NCBI GenBank assembly: GCA_048938105.1
Contig: JBHLMN010000013.1
Location: 32,001 to 96,000, forward strand
Source: Promethearchaeota archaeon
GTDB lineage: Archaea; Asgardarchaeota; Heimdallarchaeia; Hodarchaeales; Hodarchaeaceae
Length of the DNA stretch: 64,000 nt
Direction: 5' to 3'
Below the pieces are notes generated by a model, which did not search any database, had not been told where the DNA came from, and saw only the letters and a program-made list of their open reading frames with translations. Positions 1 to 11,167 of the stretch are shown piece by piece. A program made the position numbers and the translations under genes. Numbering within the stretch: position 1 is the first letter of the stretch; every line of letters starts with the position of its first letter.

Positions 1-1166
1 CTTTCTTACCTCTACAGGCTGATGTATTTCCTGATAAAGAACATTTTGGAAGAATTTTTTATAATCAAGCTCAGATGTCAGCAAAAAAAATACCCCAGAT
101 AAGCGCGGTAATGGGTTCTTGTACTGCTGGTGGTGCTTATGTTCCTGCAATGTCTGATGAGACAGTGATTGTAAAAGGCACTGGAACGATTTTTTTAGGA
201 GGACCTCCTCTTGTTAAAGCTGCTACAGGAGAAGAAATCTCAGCTAATGAATTAGGAGGAGCAGACGTTCATTGTCGCATCTCAGGAGTTTCGGATCATT
301 ACGCTTTGAATGATGAACACGCTCTTCATTTGACACGCGAAATAATAGAACATCTTAATCTACCACCTAAGACCCAATTAGATGTTCGCCCTCCTGAAGA
401 TCCCCTTTATCTTCCTAATGAAATTTATGGTGTTCTACCAAAAGATCCTAAAAAGGCATATGATGTTCATGAAATCATTGCTCGCTTAGTTGATGGCTCT
501 AATTTCCATGAATTTAAGCCTCTCTATGGAACAACGTTAGTTTGTGGCTTTGCTCGAATTATGGGTTATCCTGTGGGCATTCTTGCAAACAATGGAGTCC
601 TTTTTTCTGAAAGTGCTTTGAAAGGAACACACTTTATTAATCTATGTTCTCAAAGACGAACACCTTTGATATTTCTACAAAATATTACTGGATTCATGGT
701 GGGTAGCGATGCTGAGGCAGGAGGGATTGCAAAAGATGGAGCTAAAATGGTTATGGCTGTAAGTAATACTCAAGTGCCGAAAATAACCATTATAATTGGT
801 GGAAGTTTTGGAGCAGGAAATTATGGAATGGCAGGACGAGCCTATTCTCCTCGGTTTCTCTTTATGTGGCCTAACGCGCGTATATCAGTTATGGGTGGTG
901 AACAGGCAGCTAACGTCTTGGCAACTGTTAAAGAGGCCCAATACAAGGTTCAAGGTAAAAAACTTTCCCCAGAAGAGCGGAAGAAAATCATGGAACCCAT
1001 CCTAGAAAAATATGAAAGAGAGGGTTCTGCTTATTATTCCAGTGCTAGATTGTGGGATGATGGAATAATCGATCCTGCAGACACAAGAATTGTATTAGCT
1101 CTTTGTATTTCTGCAACATTAAATGCTCCAATACCTGATACGAACTTTGGTGTCTTCAGAATGTAA
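1..1166 (+). CDS. mccB: 3-methylcrotonyl-CoA carboxylase carboxyltransferase (beta) subunit, 5'-truncated by window edge
   Basis: Frame open from window start ([25 protein letters not shown]...); [32 protein letters not shown] motifs and C-terminal FGVFRM typical of MCC-beta/LiuB. Confidence 0.92.
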   Translation, partial: FLPLQADVFPDKEHFGRIFYNQAQMSAKKIPQISAVMGSCTAGGAYVPAMSDETVIVKGTGTIFLGGPPLVKAATGEEISANELGGADVHCRISGVSDHYALNDEHALHLTREIIEHLNLPPKTQLDVRPPEDPLYLPNEIYGVLPKDPKKAYDVHEIIARLVDGSNFHEFKPLYGTTLVCGFARIMGYPVGILANNGVLFSESALKGTHFINLCSQRRTPLIFLQNITGFMVGSDAEAGGIAKDGAKMVMAVSNTQVPKITIIIGGSFGAGNYGMAGRAYSPRFLFMWPNARISVMGGEQAANVLATVKEAQYKVQGKKLSPEERKKIMEPILEKYEREGSAYYSSARLWDDGIIDPADTRIVLALCISATLNAPIPDTNFGVFRM

Positions 1167-1169
1167 CCA

Positions 1170-2021
1170 TTGGAAAGCGAGGAATTTACATTGAAATCAT
1201 ACGAAACAATTACTAGAAAAGATATCAATCATGTTGCAATTGTAACTTTGAACCGTCCAGAAGTTCATAATGCATTTAATACAATAATGATAGAGGAATT
1301 AACTACTATCTTTAAATATTTGGGTAATGATACTTCTATTAGAGCCATTGTAATAACTGGTGAAGGGAAATCATTTTCAGCTGGAGCAGACATAAAATAC
1401 ATGCAAGCGAGTAAAAATTTCAGTTATGAGGAAAATTATGAAGATGCCAGCCGCTTAGAGCAATTATTTAACACAATATATCTCACTCCAAAACCAGTCA
1501 TAGGCCGAATTAATGGAGCTGCTTTTGGAGGTGGTCTTGGGTTAATTTCCGTATGTGACATCGTAGTAGCGGTGAAAACAGCGAAAATGGCTTTTTCCGA
1601 GGTTAATCTTGGAATCCTTCCTGCAGTCATCAGCCCTTATGTAATCCCAAAAATTGGTTTTACAAACGCTGCTCGATTTTTTCTAAGTGGTGAACGTTTT
1701 AACGCTATTAAAGCGCATGAAATTGGCTTAATTCACGAACTTGTTGATGGAATTTCTGAACTAGATCAGAAGATCGCAGATATCCTCGATCAACTATTCA
1801 CAAGTAGTCCAGCTGCAATGGCGAGTATTAAGCGATTGTTGGTAAAGAATCGTGATACAGAGTTCCAAGAATTAAGAAAATATTGTATTTCCCAAATCGC
1901 TGAACTCAGGACGTCTGATGAAGGAAAAGAGGGATTAAGAGCTTTCTTAGAGAAACGGCCTGCAGAATGGAACTTCTCACCCTGGAAGGGGAGAGATAAA
2001 ATAGATGATCCTACTGAATAA
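1170..2021 (+). CDS. liuC: Enoyl-CoA hydratase family, probable methylglutaconyl-CoA hydratase
   Basis: LNRPEVHNAF, FSAGAD, GAAFGGGLGL, FSEVNLGILP; directly follows mccB. Confidence 0.82.
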   Translation: MESEEFTLKSYETITRKDINHVAIVTLNRPEVHNAFNTIMIEELTTIFKYLGNDTSIRAIVITGEGKSFSAGADIKYMQASKNFSYEENYEDASRLEQLFNTIYLTPKPVIGRINGAAFGGGLGLISVCDIVVAVKTAKMAFSEVNLGILPAVISPYVIPKIGFTNAARFFLSGERFNAIKAHEIGLIHELVDGISELDQKIADILDQLFTSSPAAMASIKRLLVKNRDTEFQELRKYCISQIAELRTSDEGKEGLRAFLEKRPAEWNFSPWKGRDKIDDPTE

Positions 2022-2038
2022 CTGGTTTGAATGTAAAA

Positions 2039-2788
2039 ATGGCTCGGATTGATTTTGATTACTATTCTCCAATAAAGCCTGACGTTCCAAATCTTATTTT
2101 CATTCATGGTGCTGGTGGAGATAAAACTCAATGGGAAAAACAAAAGATTTTTTTTCAACAACACGGTTGGGGGATTATCACTCTTAGCCTCCCAGGTCAT
2201 GGACATAGTTCTCCATCAGAATCATTGAGTATAGACAATTATGTAGAAACAATTAACGAAATAATAATCAAACAAAATTTGGAGAATATTACACTAATTG
2301 GTCATTCAATGGGTGGAGCCATAGCACTTCAATTCACTTTACAATACCCTGGATCGATAATTGACAAATTGATATTGATTGGTACGGGAGCAAGACTGAA
2401 AGTAGCTCCAGCTTTTATTGAGGCAATACAAACGGATTTTGATCATTTTTTGGAACTTTTGGGAAGAGTAGCATTTCATAAAAATACTATAGCTCAAATT
2501 AAACTTGCTAATGAAGAAGCTCTAAGAAGAAATGGAGGAGTAATCTTTCTTCAGGATTTTAAGATCTGTGATTCTTATGATATTCGGTCAGAGTTGCATA
2601 AAATTACTAATCAAACCCTGATTATAGTGGGACAAGACGATCAAATGACACCAGTGAAGTACTCAACTTTCTTGCACGAAAATATAAAGGACACTCAACT
2701 TACTATAATACCCGAAGCAGGACATTACGTGTATCAAGAGAAACCTCAAGCTGTAAATAACGAAATATACAAATTTTTATCAGAATAA
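2039..2788 (+). CDS. Alpha/beta hydrolase
   Basis: HGAGG, GHSMGG nucleophile elbow, D...AGH catalytic residues; ATG at 2039 preferred over TTG at 2027. Confidence 0.88.
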   Translation: MARIDFDYYSPIKPDVPNLIFIHGAGGDKTQWEKQKIFFQQHGWGIITLSLPGHGHSSPSESLSIDNYVETINEIIIKQNLENITLIGHSMGGAIALQFTLQYPGSIIDKLILIGTGARLKVAPAFIEAIQTDFDHFLELLGRVAFHKNTIAQIKLANEEALRRNGGVIFLQDFKICDSYDIRSELHKITNQTLIIVGQDDQMTPVKYSTFLHENIKDTQLTIIPEAGHYVYQEKPQAVNNEIYKFLSE

Positions 2789-2801
2789 TAGGTGAATATA
2801 T

Positions 2802-3704
2802 GTGAGTGATCAGCCTTTAATCGAAAAACTAGGTTTTTCTCCAACTGATAAAGTAGTAATTTTTCATATAGATGATGTAGGGTTTTCGCACGCTTCAAAT
2901 TTAGCCTCTTTTGAATGTTTAGATTTTGGCGTTGCTACTTGTGGTTCTGTAATCGTTCCATCTCCATGGTTTTTAGAAACAGCATCAATCTGCAAAAATA
3001 ATCCAAAATATGATATGGGAGTCCACCTTACACTTACCTGTGAATATGACCTTTATCGCTGGCGAGCATTGAGTACTGTCGATAAAGAAACAGGATTATT
3101 AGACGATGAAGGATGTTTATGGAGAACAACAGAAGAAGCTATTAAACATGTGGCACCTGAAGCAGCGAAGAACGAGATGCGAACACAAATTCAACGAGCT
3201 TTAGATCATGGAATCGATGTTACTCACATCGATACTCATATGGGAGCAGTTATAGATCCAAAGTTTATTCAATCATATCTGACATTAGCATCCGAATTTA
3301 AAATTCCAGCCTTCTTGCCCCGCTTATCGCGTGAAGAGATCATTAACATGGGCTTTGGTGATTATGCTGATATGTACATGGAGCTACTCCCTCAATTGGA
3401 GGCAAGTGGCACTGTATTACTAGATCAGATAATCATCAATACTGGGGGAGAACAACCTGATAAATTACAATACTATTGTGATAGGATGGCTGAGATTAAA
3501 CCTGGATTAACTCACTTCCTATTCCATCCTGCTAAAATGAGCCCTGAACTCAAAGGTATCACCCCAGATTCTGGAGTATGGCGAAACCAAGATTATATGG
3601 CATTTACTGACAATCGAATCAAGAAATGCATCAAAAAACTTAAGTTAAAGCTTATTGGGTATAGAAAAATACGTGAATATTTAAGGAAAAATTTGCATAT
3701 TTAA
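2802..3704 (+). CDS. YdjC/ChbG-family carbohydrate deacetylase
   Basis: HIDDVG, GVHLTL, THIDTHMG motifs. Confidence 0.85.
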   Translation: MSDQPLIEKLGFSPTDKVVIFHIDDVGFSHASNLASFECLDFGVATCGSVIVPSPWFLETASICKNNPKYDMGVHLTLTCEYDLYRWRALSTVDKETGLLDDEGCLWRTTEEAIKHVAPEAAKNEMRTQIQRALDHGIDVTHIDTHMGAVIDPKFIQSYLTLASEFKIPAFLPRLSREEIINMGFGDYADMYMELLPQLEASGTVLLDQIIINTGGEQPDKLQYYCDRMAEIKPGLTHFLFHPAKMSPELKGITPDSGVWRNQDYMAFTDNRIKKCIKKLKLKLIGYRKIREYLRKNLHI

Positions 3705-3729
3705 TTTATCATAATTGTTTGTGATATAA

Positions 3730-4557
3730 ATGAAATTTAACATTGCTGCTGCTCAAATACAATCACATCAAGCAGATCCTCATGCTAATTTGGATAAAAT
3801 CTCGAAAATTTGTCAAAGAAAAGAAATTACTACTGATCCAAATACAATTGTAGTTTTCCCCGAACTTGCAGTTACAGGATATCTCATGCATGATGATGTA
3901 TTCAATTTAGCGGAGAAAATACCCACAGGCCCGCTTAGCAAAAAAGTAGCAAAAATAGCTGAAACAAATAATTGTTTTCTCATTGTAGGCATACCAGAGA
4001 TTTCGGTTCCTGGTGTATTATACAATTCAGCTGTATTGTTTGGTCCAGAAGGATTCTTAGGGAAAGGTAGGAAGATTTTCATTCCTAATCATTCTGTTTT
4101 TAATGAGAGACGATATTTTAGAAGTGCTACGACAATTAATGTTGTTGAAAGTCCATTCGGGAAAATTGGATTACAGATCTGTTATGATCTATTTAGTCCA
4201 GAAATTACACGAGCTCACGCTTTATTGGGAGCACATACAAGTATTTGTATTTCAGCATCTCCTGGGGTGCGTAGACAATATTTTGAATCGTTTTTACCTA
4301 CACGTGCGATGGAAAACACGATCAATATGGTTTATGTCAATCAATCAGGAATCCAAGATGATCTAGTATTTTGGGGAGGATCTGAAGTTCGAAATGCTAC
4401 GGGAAAACAACTTCTAAAACTCAAATATGACGAACCTGACTTTGGAATTACCCAATTGGATACTGTTGTGCGTACAGCTAGACCTTTTGTGCCTACTCTT
4501 AGAGACGTGCCACCATGGATTTTTTCAAAGTTAGAAAAAGAAAGTCAGGGACTTTAA
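3730..4557 (+). CDS. Carbon-nitrogen hydrolase (nitrilase superfamily), probable glutaminase partner of NadE
   Basis: FPELAVTGY, RKIFIP, QICYDL (E-K-C triad); immediately upstream of nadE. Confidence 0.88.
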   Translation: MKFNIAAAQIQSHQADPHANLDKISKICQRKEITTDPNTIVVFPELAVTGYLMHDDVFNLAEKIPTGPLSKKVAKIAETNNCFLIVGIPEISVPGVLYNSAVLFGPEGFLGKGRKIFIPNHSVFNERRYFRSATTINVVESPFGKIGLQICYDLFSPEITRAHALLGAHTSICISASPGVRRQYFESFLPTRAMENTINMVYVNQSGIQDDLVFWGGSEVRNATGKQLLKLKYDEPDFGITQLDTVVRTARPFVPTLRDVPPWIFSKLEKESQGL

Positions 4558-4573
4558 TAATGGAGATTGAATA

Positions 4574-5413
4574 ATGAGCAAAATTCCTCCAATTGATGCT
4601 CCTCATGCAATAAAACTTATTGAAGATTTTATTAGAATCCGTGTGTCCGAAGCAGGAGCAAAAGGAGTAGTAATCGGGTTAAGTGGTGGTATTGATTCCA
4701 CAGTTGTAGCTTCGATCGCAGTTCGTGCAGTAGATCCAAAAAACATTTTTGCTTTATTTTTACCTAGTAGAACAACACCAAAAGTCGATTTAACAGATGT
4801 AAAATTGCTGTGCTCCCACTTAAAGATTGAGCTAACTGAAATAAACATCCAAAACTTGATTGATATCTTTGCTGAAGAAATAAAGGAAAAAGAAAATTCA
4901 TCACAATTAGAATGGGCAAATCTAAAACCCCGTATCCGTCAATCAATTTGCTATTTTTTTGCGAATAGACTTAACTATTTACTATGTGGAGCAGGAAATA
5001 AAAGTGAGTTAATGATAGGTTATTTCACCAAGTTTGGGGATGCTGCTGTGGATATTTTACCTATAGGGGATGTATACAAGACCCATGTATATCAACTGGG
5101 GGAATATTTGAAAGTACCAGAAGATATTCTTTCTAAAACACCATCAGCAGGTTTGTGGGAAGGTCAAACTGATGAAGCCGAGATTGGTATGTCTTACATC
5201 AAACTTGATAGTATTCTTTATAGTCTAGAACGGTTTCAAACCGAAATTGAAGTTGCAGAGTATCTTCAGATTCCTAGTGCTGAGGTAAAAAAAGTACAAT
5301 CGTTGCTGTATCAAAGTGAACACAAACGACGGGGTCCACTAATCTTTAAGCTAGGAATAAGAACCCCTAATATTGACTGGCGAATTCCATTGATTAAGCC
5401 AAGTGATTTATAA
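4574..5413 (+). CDS. nadE: NAD+ synthetase (single synthetase domain)
   Basis: GLSGGIDS, NKSE..IGYFTKFGD, PSAGLWEGQTDE, SEHKR. Confidence 0.95.
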   Translation: MSKIPPIDAPHAIKLIEDFIRIRVSEAGAKGVVIGLSGGIDSTVVASIAVRAVDPKNIFALFLPSRTTPKVDLTDVKLLCSHLKIELTEINIQNLIDIFAEEIKEKENSSQLEWANLKPRIRQSICYFFANRLNYLLCGAGNKSELMIGYFTKFGDAAVDILPIGDVYKTHVYQLGEYLKVPEDILSKTPSAGLWEGQTDEAEIGMSYIKLDSILYSLERFQTEIEVAEYLQIPSAEVKKVQSLLYQSEHKRRGPLIFKLGIRTPNIDWRIPLIKPSDL

Positions 5414-5442
5414 TCCCTTCCAATCAAATCAATATCACTGGT

Positions 5443-7977
5443 TTAGGTCAAAACTTTCAGTTTTATCGGTTCAACCTTACGATAGTATTTTAGCGGATCG
5501 ATATTAAAGGATTCATAATGTTCTGTTAATAGCTTAGGTTGGATCCCAAATAGACGTTCATTCTCTTGGATATATGGCTTGATAAGGTTCCAATCTTCAA
5601 ACTGCAAGGAACTAAATTGTCCGCCATTTAATTGGTTTGTTTCTACTTTCTTGAAAGGGTCTAGAATGTAAATTGCTCCTCCAGAAGCCAACGAGAATAG
5701 ATTACACCCAGGATAGGGTGTTATGAGTGATTTCAGTTCACCTTCCTCATTAATCTCTAATCCATTAAGGATTATGAATCCTCCTCCCTTCAATGGATCT
5801 CCAGCCATAAACGACTCAGCAAGATAATCTAAACAAGTACCATTGATTACGACTCTTGGTTTCCCTACAGCATTGATCAAGGGTCTTCCTGCAGCATTAC
5901 CTAATACATATGCTTCTCCTCCTTTTGCACCATACATGAAAGTTTGACCAACATCTCCATAAATCACAAGCTTACCACTTTTCATAATTTGAGCTACTTG
6001 ATCTTGCGCTGATGTATGAACAAAAATTTCAGCCCCATCAAGGCCAGAACCAAGGTAATCTCCTGGGTTCCCATAAACGTCAATTCTAAAATCTGAGGAG
6101 TTTGATCCTAATCCACAACCACAAAATCTCTGTCCTCTCCAATCAAACGTGTATATTTGCTTCCAACCTCGATTGTAAGCGTCTACGATGAATCTAGCAG
6201 CAGAATTACCTCCTTCCGACGGAAATTGGGATACATTCATTATTAAAGCTTTTTCACCAGAAACAGGAGCTCGAAGTCCGTCTTTTGTTTTCCAATCAAT
6301 ACGGATCCAGGTTGCACCAACAGACTTAAGTATAGAAGGAAATCCCCTAAAAATTTTCCATAATGTCTGCTCAATGATTGCTCGAGACCATCCATTCATT
6401 GCATATGGAGTGAGGTGTAATTTGTCAAGTATAGATGTGAGTATATTCACAGCTTTTCTTCTGGATTTGTTAGAGTTCTGAACTTGCTCTAGTAGATATT
6501 TACTAAATTGCGAAAACGATTTAATTTCACGATTTAAATAGACTTCAGTAAGGTTACTATCACTCAATATTCTTTTGAACATTTGCTGAAAAGGTTCTTT
6601 TATTATCTTATTCTTTTCTACGTGTATTTCTCTACCAAATTTATCTGTACATTTCATCATTGGTTTATCTTTACTAAAATTTACTGTGAAAATGAAGGCA
6701 CCACCATCAGTGTAACTACCACCCCGCGCATTCCAGTAGAGATCTGCTTTTCCTGCAAAACGAGAATCTTTATTTCCTAGACTACGTAAAAAAGCATCTA
6801 TGGCTTGTCGTTCTGAAGCAATGAGCCCTAATTCTTCCTCACCTTCTTGAAGGGCAAAAACTTGGGGCCTTAGCATTGAAGTATCTGTTATCCCTATTAG
6901 CTCAATTAATCTGTCTGTAGGCCTTGATCGCCCGACGATGAAGAACCATGGGCCATCAGGTGATCCATGAATATGAGTCACTTGAATCTCGTGATAAATT
7001 TCCCTTTTTGTCTCATTTAACATTAAAAAGTCTCGTTCTGTTGTTGGTGCCATTGCTTCAAGTAGATATTCAATTGGATATTTGTAAACCCGTCCCCATA
7101 AGTCGAAGAGGTAAACCGCTACTTCTGTATCTGTTAAAAATAGAGGGAAGATATTTCGTTGAGCTAAGTATTCGGAAACAGAGTGATAGTTAGAAAAATC
7201 ACCGTTGTGAACTAGAGCTTCATGTAAACCAATAAAAGGATGTGCTCCTCCAGGATGCCAGATAGTTCCTTTTGTAGGATAACGATGGTGTCCTATCCAT
7301 ACATGAGCAGAAAACGTTTCAAGTTTATAGTATTTAATTACTTGATGACCATACCCAACTAATTTGAAAATTAACATATTTTTTCCATGGGATAAGACGA
7401 AAGCTCTTTTTTCACCCAAAGAGGTATAGTATTTTCTGTTAAGAGCATATGTATTTTGATATACGAACTCATCTTCTGCCTCATTAGGACAAAGCTGAAG
7501 TTGATAGGTTTTCATAAAATCAGTAAGAATTTCTTTTTTTACCCTACAAAAATATCTGTATACATGAGGTGGTTCTACTTCTAAGCCAATTTCCTGATAA
7601 TTATCAATTGTATCTACCCATCCCTCTGCATGTATTTCAAAATTTGGTGTAATAAACTCGTTTTCTATGGCTTTAAGACAAGAAGGATCAAGTAATGCGA
7701 TCTGAATAATGTAATCATTCACTAAAACATCACTTGGTACTCCTAATTGCTCTGAGGAGAGACCTAAAACAGCAATACCTCCTCCTTTGCCGTTTCCACG
7801 ATTTTTCATTTGATAAAGGGGTTCTAAGAAGTGTTCTCCATTTAAAGGAACCGAACAAGCTGCCCCAATTACTCCACACCCACCTTCACCTACTTCTTTC
7901 TCATTAATATGTAATCCTTTTACCAAACGGGTACGTGATCGTATGATGTTCTCTATCTTACTCATTTCATACACCAT
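5443..7977 (-). CDS. Glutamate synthase subunit: class II glutamine amidotransferase domain fused to C-terminal GXGXG domain (GltB1+GltB3)
   Basis: Propeptide then GGCGVIG (Ntn Cys), GHHRYPT, AHPF, VHNGD; C-terminal GNPGDYLGSG, GDVGQTFMYGAKGG repeats. Confidence 0.88.
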   Translation of the reverse strand: MVYEMSKIENIIRSRTRLVKGLHINEKEVGEGGCGVIGAACSVPLNGEHFLEPLYQMKNRGNGKGGGIAVLGLSSEQLGVPSDVLVNDYIIQIALLDPSCLKAIENEFITPNFEIHAEGWVDTIDNYQEIGLEVEPPHVYRYFCRVKKEILTDFMKTYQLQLCPNEAEDEFVYQNTYALNRKYYTSLGEKRAFVLSHGKNMLIFKLVGYGHQVIKYYKLETFSAHVWIGHHRYPTKGTIWHPGGAHPFIGLHEALVHNGDFSNYHSVSEYLAQRNIFPLFLTDTEVAVYLFDLWGRVYKYPIEYLLEAMAPTTERDFLMLNETKREIYHEIQVTHIHGSPDGPWFFIVGRSRPTDRLIELIGITDTSMLRPQVFALQEGEEELGLIASERQAIDAFLRSLGNKDSRFAGKADLYWNARGGSYTDGGAFIFTVNFSKDKPMMKCTDKFGREIHVEKNKIIKEPFQQMFKRILSDSNLTEVYLNREIKSFSQFSKYLLEQVQNSNKSRRKAVNILTSILDKLHLTPYAMNGWSRAIIEQTLWKIFRGFPSILKSVGATWIRIDWKTKDGLRAPVSGEKALIMNVSQFPSEGGNSAARFIVDAYNRGWKQIYTFDWRGQRFCGCGLGSNSSDFRIDVYGNPGDYLGSGLDGAEIFVHTSAQDQVAQIMKSGKLVIYGDVGQTFMYGAKGGEAYVLGNAAGRPLINAVGKPRVVINGTCLDYLAESFMAGDPLKGGGFIILNGLEINEEGELKSLITPYPGCNLFSLASGGAIYILDPFKKVETNQLNGGQFSSLQFEDWNLIKPYIQENERLFGIQPKLLTEHYESFNIDPLKYYRKVEPIKLKVLT

Positions 7978-9262
7978 AATACATTAATAAATCTTTTCTG
8001 CCTCGTAACTCTCTAATTGACCTTAATCCAAGAGCAGCCAATATCTGTCTCCATTGAATCGCCCAAGAATGATATAGATTTATCAATCGTTGAGCCCCCC
8101 ACTCAGGATTAATAAATAAAGATAATTCAGGATCAGTTGTTGTAATACCTACTTGACACCCTCTTCCTCGCTCACAATTACCACAATGAGTACATCCAAC
8201 AGCTATTGCCTCTGTTGTACCAATGACACACCCATCAGCTCCTAAAGCAATTGCCTTGGCGACATCATAAGCTGTTCTAATCCCTCCGCTAGCAATTAAT
8301 ACTATCTCATCACGGACGCCTTCAGATTCAAGATATTTATGTACTATGGGAATTGCATATTCAACAGGCATCGCAATATTCTTTTTAGCAATTTCTGGTG
8401 CAGCTCCAGTTCCTCCGTAAGCTCCATCAATGTGAATAATATTTGCTCCTGCATAATAACTTCCTATAGCTACCATATCTATATCTTTTGGAGTAGACAC
8501 TTTGATAGATACTAAAGCTCGAGGATTTATAGTTTTTAGCCAGTCTACGTGTTTTTTATGATCCTCAACAGAGTATACAGAATGAAACGGAAAGGGTGAA
8601 TATAATGTTGTGAAAGGTACTGATTCTCTCATTTTTGCTACCATTGATGTCACTTTATCAGCCAATAGATGACCACCTAAACCTGGTTTTGCCCCTTGAG
8701 CATATTTAAACTCAACTATTCGAGCGTACTGAATAGTTTCTTCTCGTACACCGAATAAACCAGTAGCTACTTGGGTGATGACATGATCCCTAAAAGGTAC
8801 CAGGGCAGGAGGATATCCTCCTTCTCCTGTAGATGTAAACGTATTAATCTGTTTTGCAGCGATTGCCCTTGCTAACATAAAGTTTAAACTTACTGAACCT
8901 AGTGACATACCACCACCGTACACTGGAATAGGGATAACAATTTGAGGACCATTCCGTTGATTCAAAGGAATAGATAGATCAATACTCAAATCATCCTCTT
9001 GTTTTTGAGGATCATTATCCGTCTTGAAATCAAGTAGGTCAAACCCTCCATTAGACAGGCCAACCTTGTATTCAAGCCCTGATGTTGGGGGACAACCTGT
9101 ATGTGCTTGTTCATAAGTTGTTAAAATTAAATCAGCTGTCCAACGTTTGTCCCCTAAAGCTTTTGGAACTCCGTATTTTAAAGATGGTAAGATTTGGAGT
9201 CCCTTAACAATATTCTCTGAATGTTTTTTGATTGTTGGATTAAGAGCATTTAACAATGTCAC
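7967..9262 (-). CDS. Glutamate synthase FMN-binding subunit (GltB2)
   Basis: GGGMSLGS, TGEGG, EFKYAQGAKPGLGGHL, DGAYGGTGAAP, GCTHCGNC..C.VGI; GTG start at 9262 inferred from upstream GGAGG. Confidence 0.88.
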   Translation of the reverse strand: MTLLNALNPTIKKHSENIVKGLQILPSLKYGVPKALGDKRWTADLILTTYEQAHTGCPPTSGLEYKVGLSNGGFDLLDFKTDNDPQKQEDDLSIDLSIPLNQRNGPQIVIPIPVYGGGMSLGSVSLNFMLARAIAAKQINTFTSTGEGGYPPALVPFRDHVITQVATGLFGVREETIQYARIVEFKYAQGAKPGLGGHLLADKVTSMVAKMRESVPFTTLYSPFPFHSVYSVEDHKKHVDWLKTINPRALVSIKVSTPKDIDMVAIGSYYAGANIIHIDGAYGGTGAAPEIAKKNIAMPVEYAIPIVHKYLESEGVRDEIVLIASGGIRTAYDVAKAIALGADGCVIGTTEAIAVGCTHCGNCERGRGCQVGITTTDPELSLFINPEWGAQRLINLYHSWAIQWRQILAALGLRSIRELRGRKDLLMYYGV

Positions 9263-10799
9263 CAAACGCCTCCTTTTCAAGATCTTCATGAAACATGGCT
9301 CGACCAGTATCTCCTCGTAATCTACGAACGTCACGCATTCCCATGGCACTTAATATTTCAATCAATTGGTCATGCCATGAAGCAAGTAAGTTTATTAGGC
9401 GTTGAGAACCCCAATTAATCAGGAAGTTTTCCTTTACAATTCCTCCTGTCTCTGATGAAGCACATTCTCCCTTAAATTTGCATTGTAGTGCAACTAATAC
9501 TACAGTGTCAATTGCAATTAAATCTGCACCACAAATAATAGCTTTAGGAACATGTTCTGCTAGAGTGATACCCCCACTTGCAATAATTGTTACTTCATCA
9601 CGCAAACCTGTTTCTATTAGTGTTGTGTGGACCACTCGAATCAGTTCCTTTATAAACCTTGGTTTATTTTCTTCCAACTCTTCTCCGTGATAATTTGCAT
9701 GTAAATGAAGAACATCCACCCCTTGTTGAACCAGTTCTACTGCAATCTCTTCAATTCCCTTTTTGAAAGGTAGTCTAACTATCAATGATGCGTGGGGATT
9801 AAGCGACCTAATATCCTTATAAAAATTTGAATTAAAATTCATTAGCTCTAATACTCTAGCTTTTGAAACAGAAACAGATAAATTATTATAATTTAAAGGT
9901 GAAATTAATGGAATCATGAAAGGATCGATTGAGTTCTTAGGAAATTCTGATCCATCATTAATGTATAATGTACCTACCTTTCGTGCTGCAGTTCTAATAC
10001 TACCCCGTACGCTTTCGTTACTCATGGATGGGGGTAAATAATCGAAAATTATAGGGATAGGTATCTCCATCGTTTTCGATTTTGTTGTCAGTTGTGAACC
10101 AACAAATTTCAAATATTTAGGTTTTTTGCCAATATTTGTTATCGTAGAAATATATTCTCTTCCATGAACTCCATCTCTTGTAGGTCTGACAATTTCAGAC
10201 ATGTCAGTCCACATACTATCCCAACCAAGCTCAACAAATGCCCCTTTATATCCCATTCCTTTGATAGGGATTTTTCCAGTCTCAGCTTCATAACTAACGG
10301 TAGCCACGGGGCTATATGATAATTTTGTAGGATCTTTTCCTTTCCAGTAGGAATCCCCAGAAGAAGTATAGTCTGGATTTCTCTCAATATTACAAAAATT
10401 GGGGTATTCTAACACACATCGCATACAACCAGTGCAAAGCTCTCTTATTGGGTAAAATCCACCAACGGGTCTACTGAAAACACCATAAATACAAGGACGA
10501 CTTAAAAGAGCTTTCCTATACTCTTTTCTTAATAATTTGATGTTGTTTTTAAGAAGTTCTCGTATCAACATTAGAGCTAGACGGGGTTTACTTACTCTAG
10601 GAATGAAAGGGTGTGGAAGTTTGATTCTCGGAGGCGTATAAGAAGTCTGGATTGAAAAACGGTTGTATGTATGTAAAATGCTAGACACATCTGTTTTTTC
10701 TTTAAATCCTACCAATTGCTCGTATACTTGCTCTGTCATGGGATTGATCACCGAGTCTCTGTTGTTTCTATCGTTTACTTTCTGATGATTTACAGACAA
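9240..10799 (-). CDS. Degenerate glutamate synthase FMN-domain paralog with N-terminal Fe-S motif
   Basis: CTGCMRCVLEYP; C-terminal ASGGI..AEHVPKAIICGAD and LSAMGMRDVRRLRG align with GltB2, but QGAKPG and DG..GGTG motifs are missing. Confidence 0.75.
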   Translation of the reverse strand: MSVNHQKVNDRNNRDSVINPMTEQVYEQLVGFKEKTDVSSILHTYNRFSIQTSYTPPRIKLPHPFIPRVSKPRLALMLIRELLKNNIKLLRKEYRKALLSRPCIYGVFSRPVGGFYPIRELCTGCMRCVLEYPNFCNIERNPDYTSSGDSYWKGKDPTKLSYSPVATVSYEAETGKIPIKGMGYKGAFVELGWDSMWTDMSEIVRPTRDGVHGREYISTITNIGKKPKYLKFVGSQLTTKSKTMEIPIPIIFDYLPPSMSNESVRGSIRTAARKVGTLYINDGSEFPKNSIDPFMIPLISPLNYNNLSVSVSKARVLELMNFNSNFYKDIRSLNPHASLIVRLPFKKGIEEIAVELVQQGVDVLHLHANYHGEELEENKPRFIKELIRVVHTTLIETGLRDEVTIIASGGITLAEHVPKAIICGADLIAIDTVVLVALQCKFKGECASSETGGIVKENFLINWGSQRLINLLASWHDQLIEILSAMGMRDVRRLRGDTGRAMFHEDLEKEAFGDIVKCS

Positions 10800-11167
10800 A
10801 ATATATTAAGAATAAAGGAAGAATGGGTTGAATTATTGTATTTGACTCCCGAATCCAGCTTTTAATTTTTGAAATCTCATCAATAAAGGCGATAAATCAT
10901 ACTGTTCAACTGTATTTGTGTAAATACATTCCTTATAGCTCTCTAGAGAGTTATTTGGATTTCTCACGGAAGGTCACTATACAAAGCTCAAGATAAACGT
11001 TTGAACAGAAACAAGAAGTAAGACTTTATAAATGTATTAAAATTACATATATATCAATCATATGTACGGTGATATAAACAATATTTAATCAATTGTGCAA
11101 AATACAAGTGCAAGTTGTAATAAATTTGTACAAATGTAAAGAAAATGTTTTAGGAGAGAAAAACCAA

